A stretch of 64,000 bases of DNA from Candidatus Latescibacterota bacterium. GTDB lineage: Bacteria > Latescibacterota > UBA2968. The translations under genes were made by a program, and so were the position numbers. The stretch is from positions 608,001 to 672,000 of the forward strand of contig OZ242311.1 in assembly GCA_965207885.1 (NCBI GenBank). Reading direction: 5' to 3'. Within the stretch, counting starts at the first letter, position 1. Every line of letters begins with the position of its first letter. Below, piece by piece: positions 1 through 10,516 of this stretch. Under the pieces are notes generated by a model. That model did not search any database and had not been told where the DNA came from. It saw only the letters and a list, made by a program, of their open reading frames with translations.

Positions 1-67
1 CATCGCGGCATGATCCCCTGCTCAACACCACGCAGGGGCATGGTTGAGCCGCGATCCAGAAGGTTTT
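1..67 (+). repeat. REP-like palindromic repeat (catcgcggc...gccgcgatccagaaggtttt family), composite copy with internal hairpin
   Basis: Same motif recurs at 30347, 45883, 47403, 52399 and 57266, always intergenic and in the same orientation. Confidence 0.8.
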
Positions 68-89
68 TACTGATCGTGGAGAATGACAG

Positions 90-1139
90 ATGTTGAGAAA
101 AGATGTTGAGTCGGCCCTAAAGAAAGGGCAGGTGATTCCCGCACATCCGCTGGCTCTGACCGCGGAGCGGAAGTTGGATGCACGACGACAGCAGGCGTTG
201 TCGCGCTATTATATTGCTGCTGGTGCGGGGGGCCTGGCCGTGGGGGTGCATACCACGCAATTTGAAATTCGCGATCCCAAATGGGATTTGTACCGGCCCG
301 TTCTGGAACTGGCTGCGTGTGTGATGGATGCCGATGCACCGGCTGATTTTATCCGCGTGGCGGGCATTGTGGGGAATACGCGACAGGCGGTGGCAGAGGC
401 AGAGGTTGCGCGTGATTGCGGCTATGAGGTCGGGTTGGTGAGTTTGCGTGCTTTTGCCAATGCGAGTGTCGATGCGATGGTTGCACATTGCCGCGCCATA
501 GCCGATGTGATTCCGGTGATGGGGTTTTATCTGCAGCCGGCTGTGGGAGGATGTGTGTTGCCGTTTGATTTTTGGCGGCGTTTTGCAGAGATTGAGTCTG
601 TGGTGGGTATTAAGATCGCGCCTTTTAATCGGTATCAGACGCTGGATGTGATTCGCGGGGTTGTGGCGGCGGGACGGGTGGAGGATATTACGCTTTATAC
701 GGGGAATGACGATAATATTGTGATGGATTTGCTGACGTCGCATCGGTTTGTGTGCGATGGCGCGTGTGTGGATGTGCGTATTGTGGGTGGGCTTTTGGGG
801 CATTGGGCGGTGTGGACAAAGAAGGCGGTGGAAATTTTGAGGGCGTGTCACGAGATTGCGAAACTGGATGCTGTGCCGCAAGAGATGCTGACGCGGGCGA
901 TTGAGGTGACGGATTGCAATGCGGCGCTTTTTGATGTGGCAAATGATTTTCACGGATGTATTGCCGGCGTTCACGAGGTGTTGCGAAGGCAGGGGCTTTT
1001 GGAGGGTGTGTGGTGTTTGAATCCGGAAGAGGGTCTGTCGCCGGGACAAATGGAGGAGATTGACCGCGTGTATGCCGCTTATCCGCATTTGAACGACGAC
1101 GATTTTGTGGCGGAGCATTTAGATGCGTGGTTGCGGTGA
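90..1139 (+). CDS. Dihydrodipicolinate synthase (DapA)-like class I aldolase/dehydratase
   Basis: IPAHPLAL, VGVHTTQFEIR, GFYLQPAVGG, Schiff-base GIKIAPF, LYTGNDD motifs. Confidence 0.85.
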   Translation: MLRKDVESALKKGQVIPAHPLALTAERKLDARRQQALSRYYIAAGAGGLAVGVHTTQFEIRDPKWDLYRPVLELAACVMDADAPADFIRVAGIVGNTRQAVAEAEVARDCGYEVGLVSLRAFANASVDAMVAHCRAIADVIPVMGFYLQPAVGGCVLPFDFWRRFAEIESVVGIKIAPFNRYQTLDVIRGVVAAGRVEDITLYTGNDDNIVMDLLTSHRFVCDGACVDVRIVGGLLGHWAVWTKKAVEILRACHEIAKLDAVPQEMLTRAIEVTDCNAALFDVANDFHGCIAGVHEVLRRQGLLEGVWCLNPEEGLSPGQMEEIDRVYAAYPHLNDDDFVAEHLDAWLR

Positions 1140-1247
1140 GGCGAGGGCTGAATTTTGTTGACTTGCAAGGTGTCGCTGTGCATGATGAGTGATCTGAGAT
1201 GAAATTGAAGTTCGAGAATGGTAATTTTTAATTGAAGGAGGTTTGCC

Positions 1248-2657
1248 GTGAAGATGCATATTGGTGGTCAATGGGTGGATAAGGCCGAGAAGATCGATGT
1301 GATCAATCCATTTGACAATTCGGTGGTGGATACGGTGCCAAAAGGCGATGCAGCAGATGCGGAGGTGGCGATTGCGACGGCTGTGCGCGGTGCCAAAGCG
1401 ATGGCGGCTTTGACGGCTTATGAGCGGTATGAGATTTTGCATCGGGCTGTGAATTTGATGCAGGATCGGGTTGAGGATTTGGGGCGCACGATTACGCTGG
1501 AAGAGGGCAAGGTTCTGGCTGAGGGTATCGGCGAGGCCGGGCGGGCGATTGAGACGATGACGCTGTCTGCTGAGGAGGCGAAGCGGTTGTACGGCGAGAC
1601 CATTCCGCTGGATGGCGGTTCGGGTGTGCGCGATCAGTTTGGTTTTACGCTGCGCGTGCCGTGTGGGGTGGTGCTGGCGATTACGCCGTTTAATTTTCCC
1701 CTGAATCTGGTGTGTCACAAGGTGGGTCCTGCACTGGCTGCGGGCAATGCCGTGATTGTGAAGCCGGCTACGGATACGCCGCTTTCGGCGCTGAAGCTGG
1801 TGGAGATTCTGGTGGAGGCCGGTGTGCCTGCCGAGGCTGTGCAGTGTATTACGGGTCCGGGGAATGAATTGGGCCATGCGCTGTGTTCGGATACCCGCGT
1901 GCGCAAGATCAGTTTTACGGGTAGCCGCGATGTGGGGGAAGAGATTTGCAATATGGCGGGGTTGAAGAAGGTGACGATGGAACTCGGGTCCAATGCGCCT
2001 TTGATTGTGATGCCCGATGCGGATCTGGATCAGGTGGCTGCTGCGACGGCGACGACGGGTTTTGCCAATGCCGGGCAGGTATGCATTTCAGCGCAGCGGG
2101 TGATTGTCAATGATGCGGTTTACGGCGATTTTATCGATGCATTGACGCCAAAGGTCGAGGCGCTGACGACGGGCGATCCCATTGCTGATGGCGTGACGAT
2201 GGGTCCGATGGTGAGGGAGCGCGATGCCGTGCGCGTGCAGGCGTGGATTCAGGATGCGGTGGGGGCTGGCGCGCGTCTGGTAACGGGCGGCGATCGCGAT
2301 GGTGCGATTTATCAGCCGACGATTCTCGCCGATGTGGATCCGAGTATGAAGATTTCATGCGATGAGTTGTTTGGGCCTGCGGTGGGTATTACGCGGTTTG
2401 ACGATATCGACGCTGCTATTGAGATGGCCAATGATACGAATTACGGTTTGAGTGCGGCACTGTTTACAGAGAATATCCACTGGGCGATGCGGTTTGCGCG
2501 GGAAGTCCATTCGGGCAATATTCACGTCAATTGGGGTACGCAGTGGCGCGCGGATTTGATGCCCTATGGCGGTCTGAAGGATAGTGGGATGGGCAAGGAG
2601 GGACCGAAGTACGCGGTGGAGGAGATGACGGAGACGAAGATGGTGGTGTTTCATTAA
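1248..2657 (+). CDS. NAD(P)-dependent aldehyde dehydrogenase
   Basis: ITPFNFP, FTGS, MELGSN, catalytic GQVC, ELFGP, YGGLKDSG; SD GGAGG upstream. Confidence 0.95.
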   Translation: MKMHIGGQWVDKAEKIDVINPFDNSVVDTVPKGDAADAEVAIATAVRGAKAMAALTAYERYEILHRAVNLMQDRVEDLGRTITLEEGKVLAEGIGEAGRAIETMTLSAEEAKRLYGETIPLDGGSGVRDQFGFTLRVPCGVVLAITPFNFPLNLVCHKVGPALAAGNAVIVKPATDTPLSALKLVEILVEAGVPAEAVQCITGPGNELGHALCSDTRVRKISFTGSRDVGEEICNMAGLKKVTMELGSNAPLIVMPDADLDQVAAATATTGFANAGQVCISAQRVIVNDAVYGDFIDALTPKVEALTTGDPIADGVTMGPMVRERDAVRVQAWIQDAVGAGARLVTGGDRDGAIYQPTILADVDPSMKISCDELFGPAVGITRFDDIDAAIEMANDTNYGLSAALFTENIHWAMRFAREVHSGNIHVNWGTQWRADLMPYGGLKDSGMGKEGPKYAVEEMTETKMVVFH

Positions 2658-2672
2658 AGTTGTTTGTAAGAG

Positions 2673-2699
2673 GGGTGCGTACTTGAGGTACGCACCTCA
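2673..2699 (+). terminator. Hairpin downstream of aldehyde dehydrogenase
   Basis: ggtgcgtac-ttgag-gtacgcacc stem; no clear U-tract. Confidence 0.45.
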
Positions 2700-2717
2700 T
2701 TAAAAGGACGGTTTGGA

Positions 2718-3056
2718 ATGGCTCTTACGGATCGAGATTTGAGCATCGCAAATGAATTAAAAAATAGGCTGCTCTCGATAGATGAGGAACATCGAATCCG
2801 CAAGGTTATTTTGTACGGTTCTCGCGCTCGGGGAACGGCCAATGTCAATAGTGATTATGACATTCTGGTGATTGAAAAAGATCCGGTGGCAAAACGAGAT
2901 GAAATGTATCGTTTCCGCCAGGCATTGCGTTCTTTACCCTGCGAATTGGACTTGTGGGTTATGGGAAGTCGAGAATTTGAAGAAACCAAAGAAATTATCG
3001 GCGGAATGGCATTCCCTGCTCACAAATACGGTCAGGTTCTTTATGAGATCTCCTGA
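2718..3056 (+). CDS. Minimal nucleotidyltransferase (MNT) antitoxin
   Basis: LYGSRARG...SDYDI motif; overlaps HEPN gene. Confidence 0.9.
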   Translation: MALTDRDLSIANELKNRLLSIDEEHRIRKVILYGSRARGTANVNSDYDILVIEKDPVAKRDEMYRFRQALRSLPCELDLWVMGSREFEETKEIIGGMAFPAHKYGQVLYEIS

Positions 3057-3480
3057 GCAAGTTCAATGGGATTTTGTACAGCAGTGGCTGGATAAGGCGG
3101 AGAATGATCTGAAAGCAACGGAAATACTTTTGAAGAGTGATCTGAAAAGTTTTGAGACTATAGGATTTCACGCACAACAGTCAGCAGAGAAATTCATCAA
3201 AGCCTTCTTGGTGCGTCATCAAGTAGAATTTCCCAAAACACACGATATTTCGAAATTGAGAAATCTGGTACTCAAAATTGATCAGTCAATATCTCTAAAA
3301 TTAGAACCCGCAGATGCACTAACGCCTTATGGTGTCGAATTTCGCTATCCTGGAGATTTCGATCTTAACCACCAACAGGCTGCAACAGCTTTTCAACTTG
3401 CAAAACGGGTTAAGCGGGTCATTATGAACCATTTAAAATCATACCTGGCGCAAGGAAGACCAATTGATCCAGAAGAATGA
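3043..3480 (+). CDS. HEPN domain protein (MNT-HEPN toxin-antitoxin pair)
   Basis: WLDKAENDL, FHAQQSAEK, PKTHDI, RYP; ATG at 3043 overlaps MNT end (track ORF starts at 2872). Confidence 0.9.
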   Translation: MRSPEQVQWDFVQQWLDKAENDLKATEILLKSDLKSFETIGFHAQQSAEKFIKAFLVRHQVEFPKTHDISKLRNLVLKIDQSISLKLEPADALTPYGVEFRYPGDFDLNHQQAATAFQLAKRVKRVIMNHLKSYLAQGRPIDPEE

Positions 3481-3610
3481 AACTAAAACTCAGGGAAATT
3501 CGCGGGATGAACTCGCCCGGGATATTAAAGAGGCGAATCGAGAGTTTCGAGAGGGAAAGGCTCTGCCAACAACGCCCGATGATCTCATGAAAGAGATTAC
3601 ATCGCGATGA
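3464..3610 (+). pseudogene. Truncated antitoxin-like ORF
   Basis: RDELARDIKEANREFREGKALPTTPDDLMKEI resembles C-termini of small type II antitoxins; no toxin follows. Confidence 0.45.
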
Positions 3611-3707
3611 GATATATTGATATGGAAAACGGCTCCTTTATTAAGGAGCCGTTTTTTTGCTATGGAACATTTGGATTCAACTGCTAATCCGGCATACACG
3701 TATGCCA

Positions 3708-5015
3708 TCACCAGACCTGTCTCATTACCAGACCGTCGCACGGTGCTCCGCAGTGTTGTGCGAGCAGGCCGAACTGAAGATGGAAACCGGCGGCGCGTGC
3801 CTTCTCCCAGGCCGCTGGCGACCACAGGCCCTCGGGCCAGGAAAACCAGGGAATGTGGTCCCGATCCTCAACTGCTTCGGCAAGGTCCGTCAGTTCCTCT
3901 CCAAGCCTATCCCGTTTTGTCAAATCCTCGTGGTGGTGGCCATGTGTCGCAATAATCCAACCTTCGGACTTCATATATTTGATGTCCCCGGCGTTCAGCA
4001 ACCACTCCGGGTCCCGCATTGAGGCGACGCCGAGTCCATCCAAAGCGGCGTGTTGATCTGCCTCGGGCAATGTCTTCAATCCCGTTCGGGTCACGCCGCT
4101 GAGTGCTGATCCGCTTTCAGGATCAAGACCGTGTTCAGCACAGTGCTGGTAGAGGCGCTGCAACGGCAGGGGGCGTACGGATTCACCAAAATGGTTCTCG
4201 CCCACGAACAGGACCGGGCACAGGTAGGCTAAATTTTTAAAGGTGTCCGAGAGGTGCATCACGTCCTTCCAGCCATCATCGAATGTGACCAGGGCTACGG
4301 TCTCGGCATTCTTTTTGCGGTTCCACGCCTCAACCCTGCTATTCAATTGCGCCAGACGCCGTATAAGGTCGGATTTTTCAATAGACATGCCATAGCGAAG
4401 ATGTACTTGATGTGATTCGGTGAGTGCGCCATCGTGTACGCGATGCAACGCCGGTACTCCATGGGGATAAAAACCGCTGTTCGCCCGGCCCGCGAAGACG
4501 CCTTTGGGCCGAAGGCGCGTTGCCCACGCCACCACTTCATCTACTGTATCACATCCCGTAATGGTGAATTTTCCACGGCGATGGTCCAGGGCGGCACCAG
4601 CCAGTTTCTCGCTCCAACCGCCCGAAGTTTGTAGCGAGGCGATTGGCTTTCCCTCTTGCCAAGCCACCGCCATCTCGCTCAAGGTGCCCGAGCCGCCCGA
4701 TACAGCGACGATGAGGTCGGCAGAACGCACCACCAGATGATTTCTCATTGAGCCGAGGCCGGTGCGAACGATGCTCGCCGGATGCGGATTTCGCTCCCAA
4801 GCGCGTCCCCAGCCAGGCTCAATGTGAATGAGATTTGTGGAGCCTGTCGAATGTCCGTGGCCCCTCGCCGCGGCGCGCATGACACCATCCATCCCGCCCG
4901 TTACAATATCGAAGCCAGCGTTTCCGAGCGCACATGTCAGTGCCTCCACCATATGTCGGAGTTCGGGTGATATGACGCCCGCCGAGCCAATGATCGCAAC
5001 GATGTTCCGCCTCAT
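3708..5015 (-). CDS. SLOG/LOG-family (TIGR00725-like) domain fused to NodB-type polysaccharide deacetylase
   Basis: N-term VTGGMDGVMRAA, RNHLVV, GGSGTLSE; C-term LVTFDDG, HGHHH, SWPEG; 4-bp overlap with upstream gene. Confidence 0.85.
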   Translation of the reverse strand: MRRNIVAIIGSAGVISPELRHMVEALTCALGNAGFDIVTGGMDGVMRAAARGHGHSTGSTNLIHIEPGWGRAWERNPHPASIVRTGLGSMRNHLVVRSADLIVAVSGGSGTLSEMAVAWQEGKPIASLQTSGGWSEKLAGAALDHRRGKFTITGCDTVDEVVAWATRLRPKGVFAGRANSGFYPHGVPALHRVHDGALTESHQVHLRYGMSIEKSDLIRRLAQLNSRVEAWNRKKNAETVALVTFDDGWKDVMHLSDTFKNLAYLCPVLFVGENHFGESVRPLPLQRLYQHCAEHGLDPESGSALSGVTRTGLKTLPEADQHAALDGLGVASMRDPEWLLNAGDIKYMKSEGWIIATHGHHHEDLTKRDRLGEELTDLAEAVEDRDHIPWFSWPEGLWSPAAWEKARAAGFHLQFGLLAQHCGAPCDGLVMRQVW

Positions 5016-8000
5016 CGCCGCCTCCCGGCCAGTGATGGCTTGGCGACAATGCGTGCGATAATTGCCTCGCGAACCTCTCGATCATTCCCTTTTCCCACGC
5101 CCGATGGCTCGTACAGATAGAGGGGTTCTGAGATGTGTACGGGTTTCTCGGCCATCTCTACAATCGGCAACATGTACGCCCAATCGTTGGGAATATCGAT
5201 GTATTCCCCGTCGAGCCGCAAGGCGTCGTCCGGAATGGCATCGAAAAGATATTTCTTGAATGATCGCAGATGCTGCCAGACATTGCCGCCACCCCGCCGC
5301 TCGCGTGACCGGTCAAAACATACGGGATAGTCCTTTGCCTTGTCGGTTCGCAACATCGATCCGACAGTCACATCAGCCCCTCTTGCGTATTCCGTCGCCA
5401 GTCGCGCCAAGACTCGGTCACCGATCAAGGCGTCGTCCGCGTCGAGCGTAACGATGACTGAGTCAGGATTCGTGCATACTGTCCTGATGGCGGTCACCAT
5501 ATTGGCCAGCAATCCCCGGCGATGCCGGTTGCGAATGATCGTGCAACGCTCCCTGAGTGCTTCCCAGGCACTGTCCAAATGTTCGGCGAATATCACATCC
5601 GAGGCGTCGTCAAAAACTACCGTCCCCCATCGTTCGTCTTTTTGCCGGAGCATAGATTCGATACAACGACGAAGCCTGCCCGCCGGTACATTACGCCCCG
5701 AGACCACAAAGACGAATGGCTCGCGTCGGTTCGGTTTCATCCAATCAGCATAGGTTCCGGTCAAATCACACTTGCCTTTCTGAACATCCGGCACTGCACC
5801 ATGTTCGACGCGATCGAGCACGGCGAACCACTCCTCAATGTTGCGCTTGCGCGTATTGGGCGGATGGATATAGAAAGTCCGACGATCACCGCCGCGATAA
5901 GATCTACCTGCGCCGGTACGAATTGCCAGATCCAAAGCCCTGTACCAGGTGCGTGCCAAACGACCTTCATGGAGCCAGTTTGGCAATGGCCGTGCATCGC
6001 GGAGTCTATCGAGATTGATCAGTCCGGCGCGTACTTCTGTACGCCAGGGGGCAGACTGATCACTCGCGGTGTTGGTGTAGGGTCGGTCATGCGCCATCGC
6101 AATGTTAAACGATACGGTAAGTGCCTTGGGATCATCTGCCATCACTGCCAGAATGTCGGCCAGATAATCGTGGGTACGATCCAGTCTGCCGATCAGGACA
6201 TCGGCATCCAACTGAAGAACGTATCGCGTCTTGCAGGCCTCGAATCCCTTGAGTGTCGAAGCGATTTGAGGCCCACTTGCTACATGCGCTTTTGGACAGG
6301 GAACCCCGAACCATCTCTGGTGCAAAAGGGCTGTCGTCTCGCCATCATCAGGGCCATTGACGATTCGGTCAATCCACCCGGCTTCAACCAGGCGGTGCGC
6401 CGCGTTACGCAGATCGCGCAGGTTTCCATTGGCGTATTGTCGGAGGAATCCGTTCTCGCGGGAGTCAAGCACCAGAAGTCGCTCTGAAAACGCCCTCGGT
6501 TCTTCCAGTTGCGAAATGATATGGCGAACCTGTATATCGAGCGTATCTGCTTCCATGGCACACGCCTTGATCATCAAGGTGACTTCGCCGGAGAGTGGTG
6601 CCATAGGCCTGAGTTCGTATGCCAACTGCTCTGAAGCGGGTTCGAATCGCTCCAAATCAACCGTTGGTACTTCCACTCGTCGGCAGATCGCCAGACCCGC
6701 ACGAGCAAATTCGCGCCGTAACGTCCGTTCGGGCCGATGTGCGTGGCGGCGCACCCGACCCGTTGCGCGTAGTTTTTTTTCATATACGAAAGTGCTCTCG
6801 TATTGGGCACCGTCCGGCAGATCGTGATCGGCCTCCGGAGTCGAGCCTCCAAATTTGAAATGCGGATCGCACATTGTCACGATAACCCGACCGCGCTCGG
6901 TTACCAGGGTCCGCAGATCACCGAGAATTGTTTGCAATTCTGTATCATTCTCAATGGTGCATAACACGCGACGACACACCGCGATATCGAACAGTTCAGC
7001 TTTCAGCAGGTCGCTCCGCTCATGCGTAAACCGCAGATTGTCTTTTCCCTGGCAAAGCAAATTCCAGTGTGGTCGGCGCGTGTAATCGGGATCGTAGCCC
7101 AAAATCTGCATCCCCCGATCTGCGAACTCTTTGGACAGCCACCCGTTCCCACAACCATAGTCGAGGACGCGCCCAGCCTGTCCAACCATTTCGAGAACGA
7201 CGTCTTCTTGGGCTTTATGTTGCCCCGTCACTCTGCGAACCGCTTCGTAAAACCAATCAAATCCGTCAAGTTCAGGTATTTCTGGATTATCCAATGCTCT
7301 GCGTGCAATTTTTTTGAAATTGGTGGAGCCGCGGTTCGCCCAGCGATACGATAGATAAGCTCGCTGACACATCTTTACAAATTCGCGCTTCCTGTCAAAC
7401 TTTTCACCTTCTGGAGGGTGGATGTCCGAATGGATGTCTGAGCCGTAATCGATTAATCGCACCCGCCCATCTACTACCCGCAGATTGTTGGGATCAATGT
7501 TGCGGTGGAAAATGCCATGCCGCCAACATTCAGCGAGGAGTGTGACCATGCCCGGTCCATATCCACCGGCGTACGGTTCACTCTCCTCGAATGGATAGAT
7601 CAGTACCGCACGATGTCCAGATTCATGGAAACTGAGGATTGGATATAGACAGTGCGTATCATTATAGGCACCAACGAGGGTACGCAGAAAGGCGGGGGCA
7701 GTAACTTCAGGCGACGATTTCCACCAGTAATCGAATACTTTAAAAACGTGCTTCCCATCGCTGAGGGCCACGCCTTCCTTACCTGATCCCAATACTTTGA
7801 GCGATCCAGCGGGTGCGGCCAGCCGCGCAGCGATGGCCTTGGCATTTGCTCTTCGCTCGCCCTCGAGTCCGCGGCTGGCCAGGGTTTCATAGTTCGAGAG
7901 CCTTTTCCGATGTTGTTTAATCTCTATCGGCAGTTGCCGCAAAAACTTACAGATTTGGCGAATATTCAGTGCTCTGGCTTCGCGTTCGATGCGGTTCAAC

Positions 8001-10288
8001 TTATCCACTTCGTAGCAATCAGTTAGGTGATCAGAGAACGTTCGGAGTTGCTTGATCGCGGCTCGATACTTCTTGTCTTCTCTCCACCAGACCTCCTTTT
8101 TATCCGCGAGGCATCGCAGGATACGCGTTAGGCCGCGGATGCGATGAAAAGAAAGGCGAAACGCCGACAACCGTTCTTCGACATATTTGCCCACGCATGC
8201 GACGAAGTCTTCGGTCATTTCCTCAGACAGTACGAGGCTCAGGTCATCTGTTTTTGTAAAAATGCCTGGAAAATCCTGGAGTGCCGAGAACATCCCATAG
8301 CCGCGAATATCATCAACGATACGCTCGATATCCAACTCGCCAACGGGTAGGTGGGATCGGTCGTGATACAGGGCAATCGGCACGGTGACGATATGGCGAT
8401 TGAAATAGTGTTTTTGTAGCAGTGCCCATATCATGTCAGAGCGACGGCTCGGCCGCTCGTCAATGGTTGGTGAGGAGTTGGGTGCCAGTCTCAGTGCTTC
8501 GACGTCAAACACGAAGGTATTACCGCCACGCTGAAGATCGTCACTGATCGATTCTAAGGGATTGATACCATTCTCAATCGCAAGGGGCCGGAAGACTTGT
8601 TCACCGGCCAGTATGCGCTCGGCTGCGCTGGCGATGCGAGTGAATGCCTCTGCAACGGTTTCTTTGGGAAATGCTGGAGTAATCCAGAACGGCATTTCTA
8701 ACTGATCGGTTTTTTTGCGCGACAGATCGTAATAGTAGTCGCACTGACCGACTCGCAGTGTCGCGTTCTCCAAGCCGCGGTCCGGCAAGACAGCCTGCGA
8801 ATCCTGGGTCGCCAGCCAATGCAGCGATGCAACCAGATCAACGAGTTGAACCCGTACGGTCGCCGCAAACGGTAGCGGAGGCGCACCAGTGTACGCTCCG
8901 AAGACAATATCGACAACACGGCTGGCGCGAAGCCGCCGAAGCTCCCGTAGCAATGGTACGAGTTCTTGGGCACGCCGCTGCAACTCGCCGTTTTCGTCAA
9001 TGACGAGCGGATCTAAGCGCATATCGTCATCCACGATCCACACTATTGATCCGGGCCGGTTCTTGCCGAACGCATACAGATACGTCTGTAGCACCGTTCG
9101 GGCGTCGGCTATGAACAATTTTCTACCATGGCTTGCGCCGCGGTCAAGAACCAGTCCACTCCTGGAATCTTCAATATGCTGTTCGCGATCTACAAGATGG
9201 ATACGCAGGCCAAGATTGCGCTCATTCTCGACGAGGTTCCGCAAATCTTCACAGGATGTCTGATCGCAACCGTTCTCTAAAATCAGGACATCAAGGCCCG
9301 ACAGCCCGGGATCCTCGGCGAGTCCGCGAAGGTCGACGAGTAGATGGCGAATCGCTTCGGGTTGCGCCGTGTCGACGATCATGCCGACGATCAGATGGGG
9401 TGGAGATTGGCGTGGTGCTGCCCCCTCTATACGAGATGACGCAACGCGGCGTGCTGGCATATTTATGGTAAGCTCAAACGCCGATTCGTTTATCCCGAAC
9501 AATCGCTCAGCGCGCGTCCAGAACTCTGTACGCTGAGCATTGGACATGCGGCCGCGGTACTTGCGGAAGAATCGGATGAGTCCCCCGGTTTTTGCTGGCG
9601 ATCCCGGTGTTGACAACCGAGGCCGCGACTGGGAGGCGAAATGATGAACCGTTGGCTCGGTAGTAATGCCGTAGCGCACGCCGGGCAATTCTGCGATGCG
9701 GATGCACAGATCGCGGTCCGTACAACTCGGCAACGATTCGTCGAACAGGCCAGCTTCGAGTAGGACGCTCAACCGGCACACGAGGTTGCTGCCCTGGATT
9801 CCCGGATTTCCCACCAGAAAACTCGCCACTTCGAGTGATCGCGGCGGAACTATCAACTGCGCCTCGGCGTTCTCCTCAATCCGCTGGAACGGTGCCGCTA
9901 CCATGTCGAGACCATGGTTTTTGGCGGCTTCCAAACATCTCTTCAGATGGCGCGGGTCCCAACGGTCATCGTCGTCCAGGATCGCAACATAGAGTTGTGT
10001 GGGGTCGTTGCACGTCCGAAGCAGATGATCCAGGCCGGAGTTCCACGCCCCAGCCGCTCCTTTCGTGCGACGGTTGCGAAGAAAATCCACGTTGATGCCA
10101 GCCGGTTGCCAATTGCGTACCAATTGTTCAGACCGCTCAGCGTCATCGTCACCCGAGTCATCAACCACGATTACCCGCGATGGCGTCCGGTATTGGTTTT
10201 TGATAGAGGGAAGAGCCCGAGCCTTCAAGAGGTCGGTTCGGTGGGCTGTGGCGACAAGAACTGCCACGGTACTTTTTGAAGAATACAT
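5012..10288 (-). CDS. Giant multidomain protein: GT2 + GT-A-like + kinase-like + SAM methyltransferase + GT-A-like + GT2
   Basis: VVDDS/ILDDDD; WIVDDD; LGSGKEG..FK..HRNIDPNN..IDYG; LDYGCGNG; LQLDAD; VFDDAS/TLDADD; SD AGGAGG. Confidence 0.85.
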   Translation of the reverse strand: MYSSKSTVAVLVATAHRTDLLKARALPSIKNQYRTPSRVIVVDDSGDDDAERSEQLVRNWQPAGINVDFLRNRRTKGAAGAWNSGLDHLLRTCNDPTQLYVAILDDDDRWDPRHLKRCLEAAKNHGLDMVAAPFQRIEENAEAQLIVPPRSLEVASFLVGNPGIQGSNLVCRLSVLLEAGLFDESLPSCTDRDLCIRIAELPGVRYGITTEPTVHHFASQSRPRLSTPGSPAKTGGLIRFFRKYRGRMSNAQRTEFWTRAERLFGINESAFELTINMPARRVASSRIEGAAPRQSPPHLIVGMIVDTAQPEAIRHLLVDLRGLAEDPGLSGLDVLILENGCDQTSCEDLRNLVENERNLGLRIHLVDREQHIEDSRSGLVLDRGASHGRKLFIADARTVLQTYLYAFGKNRPGSIVWIVDDDMRLDPLVIDENGELQRRAQELVPLLRELRRLRASRVVDIVFGAYTGAPPLPFAATVRVQLVDLVASLHWLATQDSQAVLPDRGLENATLRVGQCDYYYDLSRKKTDQLEMPFWITPAFPKETVAEAFTRIASAAERILAGEQVFRPLAIENGINPLESISDDLQRGGNTFVFDVEALRLAPNSSPTIDERPSRRSDMIWALLQKHYFNRHIVTVPIALYHDRSHLPVGELDIERIVDDIRGYGMFSALQDFPGIFTKTDDLSLVLSEEMTEDFVACVGKYVEERLSAFRLSFHRIRGLTRILRCLADKKEVWWREDKKYRAAIKQLRTFSDHLTDCYEVDKLNRIEREARALNIRQICKFLRQLPIEIKQHRKRLSNYETLASRGLEGERRANAKAIAARLAAPAGSLKVLGSGKEGVALSDGKHVFKVFDYWWKSSPEVTAPAFLRTLVGAYNDTHCLYPILSFHESGHRAVLIYPFEESEPYAGGYGPGMVTLLAECWRHGIFHRNIDPNNLRVVDGRVRLIDYGSDIHSDIHPPEGEKFDRKREFVKMCQRAYLSYRWANRGSTNFKKIARRALDNPEIPELDGFDWFYEAVRRVTGQHKAQEDVVLEMVGQAGRVLDYGCGNGWLSKEFADRGMQILGYDPDYTRRPHWNLLCQGKDNLRFTHERSDLLKAELFDIAVCRRVLCTIENDTELQTILGDLRTLVTERGRVIVTMCDPHFKFGGSTPEADHDLPDGAQYESTFVYEKKLRATGRVRRHAHRPERTLRREFARAGLAICRRVEVPTVDLERFEPASEQLAYELRPMAPLSGEVTLMIKACAMEADTLDIQVRHIISQLEEPRAFSERLLVLDSRENGFLRQYANGNLRDLRNAAHRLVEAGWIDRIVNGPDDGETTALLHQRWFGVPCPKAHVASGPQIASTLKGFEACKTRYVLQLDADVLIGRLDRTHDYLADILAVMADDPKALTVSFNIAMAHDRPYTNTASDQSAPWRTEVRAGLINLDRLRDARPLPNWLHEGRLARTWYRALDLAIRTGAGRSYRGGDRRTFYIHPPNTRKRNIEEWFAVLDRVEHGAVPDVQKGKCDLTGTYADWMKPNRREPFVFVVSGRNVPAGRLRRCIESMLRQKDERWGTVVFDDASDVIFAEHLDSAWEALRERCTIIRNRHRRGLLANMVTAIRTVCTNPDSVIVTLDADDALIGDRVLARLATEYARGADVTVGSMLRTDKAKDYPVCFDRSRERRGGGNVWQHLRSFKKYLFDAIPDDALRLDGEYIDIPNDWAYMLPIVEMAEKPVHISEPLYLYEPSGVGKGNDREVREAIIARIVAKPSLAGRRR

Positions 10289-10516
10289 CTTTTCCTCCTA
10301 TGATGTCAAGGAGTGATTAACTACATATCATCCGTCCACCAAGAGCAGAAGAGCTTTCGACTGGCGTCGAGTCTGGAGGAAATATCTACATCATAAGAAT
10401 CTCTTTCAGGCCACACTCAACCGTCTCGTGCGGTTAGATGATATGACGAATGAAAAAAGAATAGAGAAAGCCAGGTAGATTGGCAAGTGTTTTTTAGATT
10501 ATATGCATATCTGCGC

